Positions 41,386-51,785 of a stretch of 64,000 bases of DNA are shown here, piece after piece (the stretch's first letter is position 1; each line of letters begins with the position of its first letter). The notes beneath the pieces are model-generated. The model searched no databases and was not told where the DNA came from. It was given only the letters and a program-made list of their open reading frames with translations. Position numbers and translations under genes: made by a program. The DNA comes from an uncultured virus (IMG/VR IMGVR_UViG_2643221865_000004) (Duplodnaviria > Heunggongvirae > Uroviricota > Caudoviricetes): the IMG/VR virus record IMGVR_UViG_2643221865_000004, one strand, 5' to 3'.

Positions 41386-42150
41386 TCAGGCGGTCTTGGC
41401 TGCCTGGGTGCGCAGACGAGCCAGCCCGGAAGCCAGCGTCTCGGTGATCTCCTGCATTCCGCGGAAGGGGACGAAAGCTTCCACATCAGGCTGGAACAGT
41501 CGTGCGATGAATGCATCGCCGAGCGGCTCGTACTTCGAGGCGAGCCTCGCGACCATGTCCTTGTTGGCGGAGTGGCTGGCGGTGTGGTGCAAGGACAGGG
41601 CGTTGTCGACGAAGTCGGTGAACTTCACCAGCGCGACGCGAGGGTCGGCGATCGCTTCGACGACATGGGTGCGGTACGCGTCGTGCTTCTGGGCGCGAGT
41701 GAGCCCGGCGGGGAGCTCCGGGTTGGTGACAGCCTCAACGGTGCGGTACACGGTCGTGCCGAACTCCGTAGCCCAGAACGTCAGGGCGGTGTGTCGAGGG
41801 TCGCTGGTCTTGGTCACCGGGGACAGGGCGACGATGTCGTCGACGCAGTCTTCGACGGTGTCATGAAGGATCGATGCGATGATCGCGGCCTGGTCGGTGA
41901 CACCCCACCGGACCAGCCTGAGGGCCGAGCGGAGCGGGTGCTCGATGTAGTGGACGCGGGGCATGTCGCCGCGGTTCGCGCGGGTCTGGTCCCGGTGAAG
42001 GTAGGAAGCGTACGCAATCGCCTTCTCGACCAGGTCGACGTCGTTGCCGGCGGCCTCCGAGGCGAGCAGCAGCTCACGGCTGAGCAGGGTGGCGTCCATC
42101 TGCTTCAGCGGCAGGGAGCGGATCATCTCGTCAACAGGTGTGCTTCTCAT
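41386..42150 (-). CDS. HD-domain hydrolase, RelA/SpoT (Mesh1/SAH)-like
   Basis: HRDQTR, YIEHPL, ILHDTVED, LVKFTDFVDN; CCGCACATG-N8-ATG. Confidence 0.8.
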   Translation of the reverse strand: MRSTPVDEMIRSLPLKQMDATLLSRELLLASEAAGNDVDLVEKAIAYASYLHRDQTRANRGDMPRVHYIEHPLRSALRLVRWGVTDQAAIIASILHDTVEDCVDDIVALSPVTKTSDPRHTALTFWATEFGTTVYRTVEAVTNPELPAGLTRAQKHDAYRTHVVEAIADPRVALVKFTDFVDNALSLHHTASHSANKDMVARLASKYEPLGDAFIARLFQPDVEAFVPFRGMQEITETLASGLARLRTQAAKTA

Positions 42151-42175
42151 GTCACCTACATGTGCGGACAGATGC

Positions 42176-42215
42176 AAGAAGGAGCGGCTCCTGCGAGAGG
42201 AACCGCTCCTACTTG
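42176..42215. terminator. Hairpin after the pilin gene
   Basis: AGGAGCGG.TCCT-loop-AGGA.CCGCTCCT. Confidence 0.55.
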
Positions 42216-42320
42216 GTGCTCAACCGAAGTTGGGCGACGGTAGCCAGCTGGGCTGGACCTTGGCTACGTGTTTGTGTCGGCCGGGGCGACTGTGGAAGCC
42301 CACCCCGGCCGGCAGGTCGA

Positions 42321-42881
42321 TTAGTTGAAGGCCGAGTCCGGAGCAGTGGCCACCGAGGGGATGGTGATGACGACGGGGTCGCCCTTTGCGTCCTTGACTG
42401 CCGGGAGCGCCTCAACGGGAGTGTTGGGGTTGTCCGACGAGATGTAGAAGCGCAGGGTGTCGCTGACCTTGGAGACGGCGATGTACTCGCTGCCGTCAGC
42501 CGAGACGGCAACGTCCACCGACTCGGACGCCTGGATCAGCGAGTCGATGCCGTCGGCGTCAACGCCGGAGACGAGGTCACTGAAGGCGAGGTACTTGCCT
42601 TCGCCGGTGTTGGCGACGTACTGAGCGAAGGCGACGGACTCGGCTTCCTTGACGGAACCGAGGGCCTGCTTGCCAGCCTCCTTCTGTGCCCAGGGGATGA
42701 CCGCGAAGACGGTTGCGGCGATGATGCCACCGACGATGGCGATGACGATGACGCCGACCATGATCGAGGCGAGGTCGATCGCACCCTGCTGCGAGAAGAC
42801 GGCCTTGCGGAGGCCGAGCTCGCTCTTGCGGGCAGCGAACTGCTCCTTACGAGCCTTCAGGCTGTGCCGGAAAACGTTCAT
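42321..42881 (-). CDS. Type IV pilin-like protein (probable major pilin) with a non-canonical N-terminus
   Basis: Basic leader then QQGA-IDLASIMVGVIVIAIVGGIIAATVFAVIPW; lies immediately after the prepilin peptidase, with its own motif at 42960. Confidence 0.75.
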   Translation of the reverse strand: MNVFRHSLKARKEQFAARKSELGLRKAVFSQQGAIDLASIMVGVIVIAIVGGIIAATVFAVIPWAQKEAGKQALGSVKEAESVAFAQYVANTGEGKYLAFSDLVSGVDADGIDSLIQASESVDVAVSADGSEYIAVSKVSDTLRFYISSDNPNTPVEALPAVKDAKGDPVVITIPSVATAPDSAFN

Positions 42882-43006
42882 GAATATGGATCCTTTGGTT
42901 TTGTTGGCCGCCGTATCCGACGGCCAGTCGACTGCACCCGGTCGGGCGCAACGAAAAGGCATGTGGCGAAAACAGCCGTGGATCCTGCAGGTGGGAAGAA
43001 TCCCTG

Positions 43007-43651
43007 TCAGCCGAGGAGCCCGAAAGCGGAGAACATCGCCGTGTACACGAGGACCGCCGGCGGGATGGCGAGGGCCATGAACGGAGCCAGCGGGACGGTG
43101 GGCTTCTGCTCACCGTGGGCGCGGATGACGACGGCGACGGACACGACTGCGCAGAGCAGGAAAGTGAACAGCAGCCACATGCACGCGGTGAGTGGTGACA
43201 GGGCTGCGAGTCCCCCGGCGATCACGGGGGCGATCTTGATGTCCCCGCCGGCGGCGAACCCGGTCAGCCACCACATGAGGACCATCACGCCGAATGTGCC
43301 GGCGGCTGTGAGGGCGGCTGTGATCACGACCGGGTTGTGCGGGGACACCAGCTGGATGGTGATGAGGGCGGAAAGGACCCCGGCCGAGAGAACGGCGTTG
43401 TGGCTGTTCAGGATGAGCTTGGTGCGCCAGTCGACGTGGCCGAGGAAACCGGCACCGATTCCGAGGATGACGGTGAGCACGATCATCGGCCATGGCAGCT
43501 GGTGTGCGGCCAGGCCTGCGGCTCCGCCGGACAACGCCCCGGAGATCCAAGGTGGAGCTGTCCGGCTGAGCCGGCGCGCTTCGGCGATGTCGTCGTCGAG
43601 GTCGGGGTCGAACTGGTCGAAGTCGGCTGGGGCCGTCCCTGCTGCGGTCAT
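43007..43651 (-). CDS. Prepilin peptidase (A24), without the methyltransferase domain
   Basis: HVDWRTKLILN, AGGDIK, VPLAPFM; ATGA overlap with pilC. Confidence 0.85.
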   Translation of the reverse strand: MTAAGTAPADFDQFDPDLDDDIAEARRLSRTAPPWISGALSGGAAGLAAHQLPWPMIVLTVILGIGAGFLGHVDWRTKLILNSHNAVLSAGVLSALITIQLVSPHNPVVITAALTAAGTFGVMVLMWWLTGFAAGGDIKIAPVIAGGLAALSPLTACMWLLFTFLLCAVVSVAVVIRAHGEQKPTVPLAPFMALAIPPAVLVYTAMFSAFGLLG

Positions 43652-44844
43652 TGGCCGGGGATGGCGACGCCGGTGCCGTCCGGGACGCTCACTCCGCCGC
43701 CACCGCCGGTGCTGGTCATGTCCATCAGGGCGGGGAACATGGCGTACATCGGGACGATGACAGCGATGATCAGGACGGCGACGATCAGGTAGACGATCCA
43801 GTTGACGACAGGTTCCATCGTCTTCTGGAACCCGTCGAGCTGGACGTCTGCTTCCAGGCGGTACTCGGGGCCGAGCTCGCTCATCACTTCGATGGTCTGC
43901 CGGACGGACGGGGCGGCGGCCAGCATGTACTTGGCGTTCTCGGGGAGGAGGCGGGTCTGGGCGAACTCGGACAGTCGGGCGCCTTCGGTGCGCATCCGCT
44001 CCGCGTGGCGGTAGCAGTGCTCGGCGATCGCTTCGTTGCCGGCTCCGGCGCCGGCGGACTCGAGCGCTGCGGCTTCTCCCATTCCGGTGGACAGGTTGGT
44101 GGCGAGGAGCTCGAACAGTCGGCTCGTGGCGGCCAGCTGGACGATGGAACCGATCAGCGGAAGCCGGATCGACATACGGTCGGTGAACACCTGCACGGCG
44201 CGGATCTTGCGGCCGCCGAGCCCGTAGAACAGCCCGATGAGGACTCCGACGCCGATGAGGGAGCCGATGACGTACTTGGTGACGTCGGCGACGTTCAGCA
44301 CGATCAGGGTGAGCGGAGGCGTCTCCGTGTTCAGGGTCTTGAAGGTCGCGAGGAAGCCCGGGATGATCCACGCGGTCGCCGCGAACAGGAACCCCATCGC
44401 CATCGTGAACATGAAGCCCGGCTGGATCAAGGAGATCAGCAGCTTCTTCTTTACCGACTGGCCCTGCGACACCAGCTTCGCTGCCTGCACCAGGTTCTTG
44501 TGGATGCTGGCTGCGGTGGGGGCGGCTGATACGAGCTCGTGGACGGTGCGAGGGAACACGTCTTCGGAGAGGATCGCCTGTTTGAAGCCGACACCCTCTT
44601 CACGCATCGTCTTCGCAGCACGGGTGTACGCGCGGCCGACTTCGTACTTCTTGAACTGCTCGCCGACGATCTCCAGCGCGCGAGCTTCGGATTCACCGAC
44701 CTTCAGGATCATCGCGAGAGCGCGGAGGCTGCGGGCCAGGAGCTCCGGCTTCGTCTTCCGGCCGTTGTAGAAGGCCATCTTCCGCTTCTCGGGGGTCAGC
44801 TGGGCGGTTTGCGACATGGGGTCAGTCCTCGGTTTCGGTGTCAT
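43648..44844 (-). CDS. pilC: Type IV pilus platform protein (T2SS F family)
   Basis: Two T2SSF repeats; LIQPGF, TPPLT, MEPVV...IAVIVPMYAM. Confidence 0.85.
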   Translation of the reverse strand: MTPKPRTDPMSQTAQLTPEKRKMAFYNGRKTKPELLARSLRALAMILKVGESEARALEIVGEQFKKYEVGRAYTRAAKTMREEGVGFKQAILSEDVFPRTVHELVSAAPTAASIHKNLVQAAKLVSQGQSVKKKLLISLIQPGFMFTMAMGFLFAATAWIIPGFLATFKTLNTETPPLTLIVLNVADVTKYVIGSLIGVGVLIGLFYGLGGRKIRAVQVFTDRMSIRLPLIGSIVQLAATSRLFELLATNLSTGMGEAAALESAGAGAGNEAIAEHCYRHAERMRTEGARLSEFAQTRLLPENAKYMLAAAPSVRQTIEVMSELGPEYRLEADVQLDGFQKTMEPVVNWIVYLIVAVLIIAVIVPMYAMFPALMDMTSTGGGGGVSVPDGTGVAIPGQ

Positions 44845-44896
44845 TCACGCCGTGGACGCGGCGCACACCTGAGGCATGTGGCGAACCCCTCAGTTT

Positions 44897-45982
44897 TCAG
44901 CGGATGCCGAGGCCGCGGAGCTTGTCCTCGAGGATCGCGGCGCTTTTCGTGTTCGCCTGGGCTGTCTCCACGGTGATCTTCTCGTCCTTCACGAGCTGGG
45001 CGAGGGACTCCTCCATGGAGAACGAGTCGCGGGTGGATTCCAGCTGAGCGCGCATCATGTGCAGGTCACCTTTGGAGATCAGCTCCTGCATGTTCAGGTC
45101 GTTGAACATCAGCTCCCGTGCGGGCACCTTGCCGCCGCCGATTTTCGGCACGAGCCGCTGCACCATGACGCCGATCAGCGACTGGCCGAGACGGGAACGG
45201 ATCTGAGGCTGCTCGTCGGCGGTGAACTGTCCGATGAAACCGTCGAGCGCTTCCACGACGGAGCCTGCGTGGGCTGTGGTGATGACCAGGTGGCCGGTGG
45301 TGGCGGCGTGGAGAGCTGCGCGGGCGGTGGCCGGGTTCAGCATCTCGCCGATGAGGATGACGTTCGGCTTGGAGCGGAGGGCGTCCTCGATGGCTGTGGC
45401 GTAGTCGGGCGCGTGGATGCCGATCTCACGCTGGGTGAACATCGACTCCTTCGGGGTGTGGACGAACTCGATCGGCTGCTCGATCAGGTAGATGTGCTGC
45501 GCGGTGGTGCGGTTGATCAGGTCGATGAGCGCTGCGATCGCGGTCGTCTTTCCGGAACCGGTCGGGCCTTCCACCAGCAGCAGACCGCTGGATCGCTTCA
45601 CGACGTCCTGCAGTTGCTGCGGCAGGTCGAGCTTCTCGACATGTGGGACATCGGCGGGGATCAGACGGAACGTGCAGGAGTGACCTCCGACGGACTTACG
45701 GAACGTGCCACGGACGCGCCAGGTGCCGGTATCGAACGCTTCGGAGGAATGGCCGCGCTCACCGAACGGGTCGAACTCGTTCCCGTCCTCGTCATCGGGG
45801 TGGTTGATCTTCAACCACTCCAGGATCTCCCGCTCGGGGATCTGCACAGCGGGATCTTCGTAGTGGGAGAGCTTGTCAGCGGTGAGCAGCCAGATGCCGT
45901 CGTTCGGATGAATGTGGATGTCGGAGACCTGTTGGTTGCCGGCCTGGTCGATGATCCAGTACAGGTGCTCTTCGGGTGTCAT
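44897..45982 (-). CDS. pilT: Type IV pilus retraction ATPase
   Basis: SDIHI, GPTGSGKTT, IEQPIEFVH, QREIG, ILIGEM, TGHLVITTAH, QIRSRL (AIRNL-like). Confidence 0.9.
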   Translation of the reverse strand: MTPEEHLYWIIDQAGNQQVSDIHIHPNDGIWLLTADKLSHYEDPAVQIPEREILEWLKINHPDDEDGNEFDPFGERGHSSEAFDTGTWRVRGTFRKSVGGHSCTFRLIPADVPHVEKLDLPQQLQDVVKRSSGLLLVEGPTGSGKTTAIAALIDLINRTTAQHIYLIEQPIEFVHTPKESMFTQREIGIHAPDYATAIEDALRSKPNVILIGEMLNPATARAALHAATTGHLVITTAHAGSVVEALDGFIGQFTADEQPQIRSRLGQSLIGVMVQRLVPKIGGGKVPARELMFNDLNMQELISKGDLHMMRAQLESTRDSFSMEESLAQLVKDEKITVETAQANTKSAAILEDKLRGLGIR

Positions 45983-45994
45983 GGCGGTGCTCTC

Positions 45995-48900
45995 TTACTT
46001 TCCCTGGTCGGTGGTCTGACCGAGAACCTTGCGGATCTCTGCCTCGTCGGTGATGCCTGCCTCGACGAGGCGGGCGGAGTCTTCCTCGAATGTGGACGCT
46101 GAGGCTGCGTCGGCTACTTCACGGATCTCACCCAACGGGCGGTTCTCCATGACGGCTTCGATGAGCTGGTCGTTCATGGTGAGGACTTCGTGGATCGGGA
46201 CGCGGCCGCGGTACTTGTCCAGCGGGTCGACTCCGTCCCATTCCGGGTTGAGGCGGCGGACGAGACGCTGCGACACGATGCCCTTCACGGCGTCCATGAC
46301 AGCGAGCGGGGAGTCCTGCGCGAGCTCGATGAGGCGGAGGGCTGCGGTGACGTTGTCGTTGGCGTGGATGGTGGAGATGACCTGGCGGCCGGCCTTCGAC
46401 TGGCGGACGGCGGCGGCAGCGGTTTCGTTGTCACGGATCTCGCCGAGGAACAGGGTGTCGTAGTCGCTTCGGACGAGGAATGGGAGCAGGTCCTTGAAGC
46501 CAGCGCCGTTCTTCTCGTCGACCTCCAGCTGGGTGAGGCCGGGAAGGCGACGCTCGACCGGGTCTTCGAGGGTCCAGACGGTGCGGTCTCCGGTCGCGAC
46601 ATGCATGAGGGAGCCGTGCGCGGTGGTGGTCTTTCCGGAACCCATCGGGCCGGCGATCATGACCATGCGGTTCGACGCGGCGAGCATGTCGTAGAACAGG
46701 TTGAGGTTCTTCTCGGAGAACTCCAGCTCCTCCAACGGCTTGACCGCACCGCGTGATGGGAGGCGCATGACGAGGGCGTCGCCGCCGTCTTCGGAGCGGA
46801 ACAGGACGGCGCGGGCCTTGCGCACTTCACCGTCGACGGGGACGCCGTAGATGGCTTCCTGCGGGACGAACGATCCGTCGGACGCGAACTGGGCGCCGGC
46901 CTTGAAGATACCCATCACCTTCTGCGCGTCGGCGCCTTCCAGCTGGGCGAACTCCCGCATGGTTCCGTCGATGCGGGCGCGGAGGAGCAGGTGGTCGCGG
47001 GCGCCGTTGACGGTGGCGTGGATGTCTGAAGCGTCCATCAGGAGTGCTTCGTTGACCTTCTCGCCGAGCCATGTCTGGGCGTTGACGCCCGTCTCGATGG
47101 CGACCTCGCGGCTGCGGTTGATGCGTGCCGGAGTGGACGGGCGGGACGAGCCGAACGAGAAGAACGGGTCACGCTCGTTGACGATCGGTTCGAAGGCAGC
47201 ACCCGGGTCGACACGCTGGGTGCGCTGCTCCGGTGCAGGCTGGTACGGGGTCGAGTCGTACGGGAGCTCGGCGACAGGCCGAGGCGCCTGAGGCTGCACT
47301 GGAGCCTGGTACGCCGGTGCGGGCTGGAACTGCTGGGCAGGAGCGGCGGGGGCCGGCTGCTGGAACTGCGGGTAGGCGGGAGCGGGAGCCTGCACGACGA
47401 TGACCTGCGGTGCCGGAGCTTCCTCCTTCTTCACCACCTTCTTCTCGCCGAACACGACGTTGGTCGGGCCGAGCCCACCGAACGGGGAGAACGGAGAGTC
47501 GGCTGCTGGAGCGGCAGGCTCGGTGACGGCGACGCCCTCCGCCTCAGTGACGGGGTCAGCAGATACTTCGACGGGCTCAGCGATGGGGGCAGCGGCCGGG
47601 GTCTCGAACACTGCGGGCGCGTCAACGACAGCCGCAGCGGGCTCCTCGACGACAGGCTCTGCGACGACGGGCGCCTCTTCGGGTGCGAACGTCTGGAACT
47701 CGGGAACCTCGACAGGCGCCGGCAGGTCCTCAGCGTTCAGGTCCGCCCAGCCGAACGGTGAAGCAGTGTCGTCAGCGGCGGGCTCGACAACCTCTGGCAC
47801 GTCGTCCACCACAGCTTCCGGGGTCGCCTTGGCGTCCACGGCGGGGGTCTTCGACTTCTTCCGCTTCAGCCATCCGCGGCGGGCTCGAGGCTCAGTCGCC
47901 TCGTCGATGACGGGCTCAGCATCCGGGGTGGGGACGGTGGTCACCAGATCTTCGAATGACGGGAAAACAGGCACGGGCTGCGCGACTTCCTCAGCAGCCT
48001 CGGGCTCCGTTGCGACGTCGAGCTCGGTCTCAGCGACGGGCTCGATCTCGGGCTCGTCATCGGTGAGGGACTCGACGTCAGCGGCAGGCTCAGGCTGAGC
48101 TTCGGGCTCGGTGGCAGGGGCAACTTCGGGCTCGGCCGCGGCCGCCGGCGCGTCCTCAACCTCAGGCTCGGGTGTGATCTCGGTGTTGGTGGGCTCCTCG
48201 ACCTCGGGTGCGTTCAGCTCCGGGTCGGTGGTGGCGGCACCCCAGGTGGGAGGTGTCCACGCCGGTGCAGCCCAATCCGGGGTCGCCCAGGCGGGTGCCG
48301 CTGCCGACTCCTCGGGAACTTTGTCTTCGCTGGCGGGCTCCTGGACGTCGTCGGCTGCGGGCTCGACACTCTCGACCGGAGCGTCGTCGATGACGTCCTC
48401 GTCGGAGGGTCCCTCTGCAGCAGTGGCGGTTGCATCGGCCGTGAGCTGGTCGAACTCGATGACATCGGGCGTCGAGTCATCGGCGAGCTCGACTGCGCTC
48501 TCAGCCTCGGGGGCCGGCTCCGTCTCGTCGACAACGGGGATCTGCTCAGTTTCGGTTTCGATTTCAGTTTCGGTCTCGGCCTCAACTGAAACCTCAGCAA
48601 CGACGATCTCCTCAGCCTGATCGGCGGGCACCTCTGCCGGGTCCACCTCGAAGGCAGGGTCGTCCCACAGCTCGACGAGGTCGTGGTCGGTTCCCTCGTC
48701 AGCAATCTCGTCCTCGGCCACGGCGATGTCGTCAGCGACGGTCACCAGTTCGTCCAACGGCCAGAAGGTCGCCTCGAGCCACTCGGAGTCAGCAGGGACA
48801 ACAACGGTCGCGGGTGGTTCAGCGGCGGTCTTCACGCTGACGCCGATCTTCTCGATCAGGTGCGTGAGGTGCGCGTCGGCGCGCACGTCAAGGACGACGC

Positions 48901-49036
48901 TCTCTCCGCGCTTCAGGACGGAGCCTGCGGGAAGGTCGTTGCGGGAAGGCTCGACCCGGTGGCGGGGAGGCACGGGGTTGGTGCGCTTCTTCTTGTCGTC
49001 GCGCTTCACATACGGGTTAGCGTGTCGAGGTGTCAT
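45995..49036 (-). CDS. pilB: PilB/GspE assembly ATPase with a ~600-aa acidic Pro/Ala N-terminal region
   Basis: ASDIH, RARIDG, GPMGSGKTTT, TLEDPVE, LGEIRD, STIHAND, YRGRVPIHE. Confidence 0.88.
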   Translation of the reverse strand: MTPRHANPYVKRDDKKKRTNPVPPRHRVEPSRNDLPAGSVLKRGESVVLDVRADAHLTHLIEKIGVSVKTAAEPPATVVVPADSEWLEATFWPLDELVTVADDIAVAEDEIADEGTDHDLVELWDDPAFEVDPAEVPADQAEEIVVAEVSVEAETETEIETETEQIPVVDETEPAPEAESAVELADDSTPDVIEFDQLTADATATAAEGPSDEDVIDDAPVESVEPAADDVQEPASEDKVPEESAAAPAWATPDWAAPAWTPPTWGAATTDPELNAPEVEEPTNTEITPEPEVEDAPAAAAEPEVAPATEPEAQPEPAADVESLTDDEPEIEPVAETELDVATEPEAAEEVAQPVPVFPSFEDLVTTVPTPDAEPVIDEATEPRARRGWLKRKKSKTPAVDAKATPEAVVDDVPEVVEPAADDTASPFGWADLNAEDLPAPVEVPEFQTFAPEEAPVVAEPVVEEPAAAVVDAPAVFETPAAAPIAEPVEVSADPVTEAEGVAVTEPAAPAADSPFSPFGGLGPTNVVFGEKKVVKKEEAPAPQVIVVQAPAPAYPQFQQPAPAAPAQQFQPAPAYQAPVQPQAPRPVAELPYDSTPYQPAPEQRTQRVDPGAAFEPIVNERDPFFSFGSSRPSTPARINRSREVAIETGVNAQTWLGEKVNEALLMDASDIHATVNGARDHLLLRARIDGTMREFAQLEGADAQKVMGIFKAGAQFASDGSFVPQEAIYGVPVDGEVRKARAVLFRSEDGGDALVMRLPSRGAVKPLEELEFSEKNLNLFYDMLAASNRMVMIAGPMGSGKTTTAHGSLMHVATGDRTVWTLEDPVERRLPGLTQLEVDEKNGAGFKDLLPFLVRSDYDTLFLGEIRDNETAAAAVRQSKAGRQVISTIHANDNVTAALRLIELAQDSPLAVMDAVKGIVSQRLVRRLNPEWDGVDPLDKYRGRVPIHEVLTMNDQLIEAVMENRPLGEIREVADAASASTFEEDSARLVEAGITDEAEIRKVLGQTTDQGK

Positions 49037-49111
49037 TGGGGGTACCAGCCAAGGGTTCGGTGTCTTGGGCCGCCGGCCGACGGCAACAGGAAGGCATGTG
49101 GCGATTCCGGC

Positions 49112-49936
49112 TCATGCTGGTGGTGGCGACAGGAACGCGTCGACGTGGGCGATCGGGATCGTCCGTGACGAGTACCGACCCTGATTTCCGAGGTTGTACT
49201 CCTCGATGTGGACGGTCTTGTCTGCCAGGTTCACCGATTCGACGTACGCGACATGGTTGGAACCCCACCATGCGACCCAACCGGGTTGGGGGTCGGCGGA
49301 TACCGGCCAGTGATGGGCTTCCCAGTTCGCTTTCCACTGGGATGCGTCGCCGCCCTGAGGGGTGAGGTCCGACCAACGCCAACGGAGCTTGTTAGAGGTG
49401 GCTCCGGCGTCCTGGTTCAGTCGCCAGGCGACGAAGTCGACACACTCCCGGTAGTAGTACCCGATCGGTGACAGGCCGCCGCCTTCATCGTCTGTGAGCG
49501 CGTGCGGCCACGGGTAGTCGTCACCGGGCTCCACGCCGAGGGATTTCAGGGCTGCGAGGCGGGCAGCGTGTGCGGAGTCCGCTGCTTCCTGGCGGACCTG
49601 CAGTCCGGTGAGGGCGGCGTAGGAGTCGCGGGACACCTTGATGGTCGCTGCTTCCGCGGGGACTTCGATGTGCTGGGAGGTGTCGGCCGCCGGGGATGGT
49701 GACCGCTGGTAGTCGTAGCCGGCCGGAGATGCGTTCGCGTAAGCAGGCAGTACGAGCGTGGCGATGAGCAATGTCGATGCGGACACAGCTGTGGTCTTCT
49801 TCAGGTTGATCCGAGGTATCCGCAGCTGAGTGATGCGCCTGTGGATGGTCCCGGTGAGCATGCTGGCGCACGCTGCCGCCTCTATGCGGAGGTTCCGCAG
49901 GGACGGCAGACGCGCATGTCGGGGTCGGTCGGCCAT
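49112..49936 (-). CDS. CHAP-domain cell-wall hydrolase
   Basis: YYRECVDFVAWRL, GGDASQW, NHVAYVE, IEEYN. Start uncertain. Confidence 0.85.
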   Translation of the reverse strand: MADRPRHARLPSLRNLRIEAAACASMLTGTIHRRITQLRIPRINLKKTTAVSASTLLIATLVLPAYANASPAGYDYQRSPSPAADTSQHIEVPAEAATIKVSRDSYAALTGLQVRQEAADSAHAARLAALKSLGVEPGDDYPWPHALTDDEGGGLSPIGYYYRECVDFVAWRLNQDAGATSNKLRWRWSDLTPQGGDASQWKANWEAHHWPVSADPQPGWVAWWGSNHVAYVESVNLADKTVHIEEYNLGNQGRYSSRTIPIAHVDAFLSPPPA

Positions 49937-49978
49937 TTCGCCTTCAAGGCATGTGGCGACCGACCCCGGTTTGGGCGG

Positions 49979-50455
49979 CTAGAGGCTGGCTGTCTTCCCG
50001 GAGACGATGACTTCGTTCGTGCCGGTGGATCCTCCACCGCCGACGCCGCGGACGGAGTCGCTGAGCTCGCCGTCGACCTCAGTGAAGTCCGGGGTGAGGT
50101 AGTGCTGGTACATCATCTGCGCGACCCGGTCTCCGGGGGTGACGACGAACACGGTGTCACCGAAGTTGTGGAGGATGACCATGATCTCGCCGCGGTAGCC
50201 GGAGTCGATGACACCGGGGGCGTTCAGGACGGCGACGGAGTGCTTCAGCGCGAGACCGGACCGCGAGCAGACCAGGCCGACGGTGTCGGAGGGGATCTCC
50301 TGCGCGAAGCCGGTCTTCACGAGGGCGTGCTCGCCAGGCTCGATGAAGTAGTGCCCGGTGGAGCGAAGGTCGAATCCGGCGTCGCCAGGGGTGGCTGCGG
50401 TGGGGAGGACAGCGTCGGGGTGGAGTCGCTTGAACTGGACGGGGATGGTGGACAT
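49979..50455 (-). CDS. dut: dUTPase
   Basis: GDAGFDL, RSGLA, GVIDSGYRGE, GDRVAQ, RGVGGGGSTG. Confidence 0.95.
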   Translation of the reverse strand: MSTIPVQFKRLHPDAVLPTAATPGDAGFDLRSTGHYFIEPGEHALVKTGFAQEIPSDTVGLVCSRSGLALKHSVAVLNAPGVIDSGYRGEIMVILHNFGDTVFVVTPGDRVAQMMYQHYLTPDFTEVDGELSDSVRGVGGGGSTGTNEVIVSGKTASL

Positions 50456-50523
50456 CGGGTGGGCTTTCTGGTTGTGGGTGGTCGGTTCGCCGGTGGGCGC
50501 TGACACCGTCATGTGCGGACGGG

Positions 50524-51015
50524 TCAGAAATCGATCGGGCGGGTGCCGCCGATCAGGCAGGTGTCCCAGTGGGTTTCCGGCATGGTGGTGGAGGTGAAGG
50601 TCCCGTGTCCGACATCACCGATGAGGCAGGTGTTCCCGTACCGGACTGAGAACTGGACGGTCTCCTGCATGGTTCCGGCTGTCCCGTTGTGGTCGGTGAC
50701 TTCCATGACGTCGTCGGGGACGCCTGCCGCACGGAACGCTTGGATGTACGCGGCGCCGTCCATCGCGCCTGTGCCTGCGACTGTTCCTGCGACCCGGTCG
50801 AAGAACCGTTCGGCTTGCGCCACCGAGGCTTCCGGGTCGTATGGTTCCGGGACGGCGATGTGGCCTGGGTTCACCGCTGCAGCGGTCGGGGTCGGTTTGG
50901 GGGCCGGCGGTTCCGGTGGTTCCGGCATCAGCACGGTGTAGCTGAGCACGGCGGTGGCGATGAACAGGACGGTGACGACGGCGGACAGGATCAGCCTCTT
51001 GGTGGCTCGGCTCAT
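50524..51015 (-). CDS. Membrane-anchored protein (DUF6993-like)
   Basis: N-terminal TM; TVQFSVRYGNTCLIG and CLIGGTRPIDF. Confidence 0.65.
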   Translation of the reverse strand: MSRATKRLILSAVVTVLFIATAVLSYTVLMPEPPEPPAPKPTPTAAAVNPGHIAVPEPYDPEASVAQAERFFDRVAGTVAGTGAMDGAAYIQAFRAAGVPDDVMEVTDHNGTAGTMQETVQFSVRYGNTCLIGDVGHGTFTSTTMPETHWDTCLIGGTRPIDF

Positions 51016-51785
51016 CGGATCGTCTCCACCCACTGGTCGAGGAGCGGTTGCACGTCGGCGGGAGCTCCGCCGGCGCGGGGGTAGAACTTCTCCAACGTGG
51101 TGTACGCGATCAGACGTTCGCTCCAGGCGGTGAACTTCGGGTTGCAGGAGATGAGGGTGAGGAGGTGATCGAAGCCGAGGTTGTCGGAGTCTGGCCAGTC
51201 CTTCAGCACCGACACCTGGGTCCGGTCCACAAGGTCTGAGTTCCGGAACCGGTACTCGTACCAACCGTCGGTTGTCTCGACGTAGACGGGGTCTCCGACG
51301 CGAAGCTCGGCGAGGTTGAAGAACGGGGACCCGTACGCGGATCGGTGCGCTGTGATGATGCTGTTGCCGGCTCCACCCAGCGGTGCGCTGCCGATGTAGT
51401 GACCGGCGACGCCACGGTCGAGGATGTCGTGCTTGTCGGTGCCTTCGACGATCGCGAGCTTGAAGTCCGTTCCGAGCCTCGGGGCGTAGAGCACACCGAT
51501 TGTCGTGCCTTGCTCCCACGCGAGGATGTCCTGTCCGGGGAGACGGTATTCCTGGTCGTACAGTTTCGAGGCAGCCTGCGACCCGGCGGGGACCGGGTGC
51601 CGCTCGAAGTCGGAAGCCCACGTCTCCGCGGTGGTGCTCGCTTGAACGGCGACGACTTCAGCGGTGGCTTCGTCGGTGGCGACGAGTTTCCAGCCGAGGA
51701 ACAGCAGGATGATGACCAGGCCGGTGATCAGCAGCTCCAAGCAGACCGCGAAGGGGTCAGCCCGGTGCTGGACGGCGGATGTCAT
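51012..51785 (-). CDS. Class E sortase
   Basis: TAHRSAYG, LTLISCNP, SERL catalytic H/C/R. Confidence 0.88.
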   Translation of the reverse strand: MTSAVQHRADPFAVCLELLITGLVIILLFLGWKLVATDEATAEVVAVQASTTAETWASDFERHPVPAGSQAASKLYDQEYRLPGQDILAWEQGTTIGVLYAPRLGTDFKLAIVEGTDKHDILDRGVAGHYIGSAPLGGAGNSIITAHRSAYGSPFFNLAELRVGDPVYVETTDGWYEYRFRNSDLVDRTQVSVLKDWPDSDNLGFDHLLTLISCNPKFTAWSERLIAYTTLEKFYPRAGGAPADVQPLLDQWVETIR

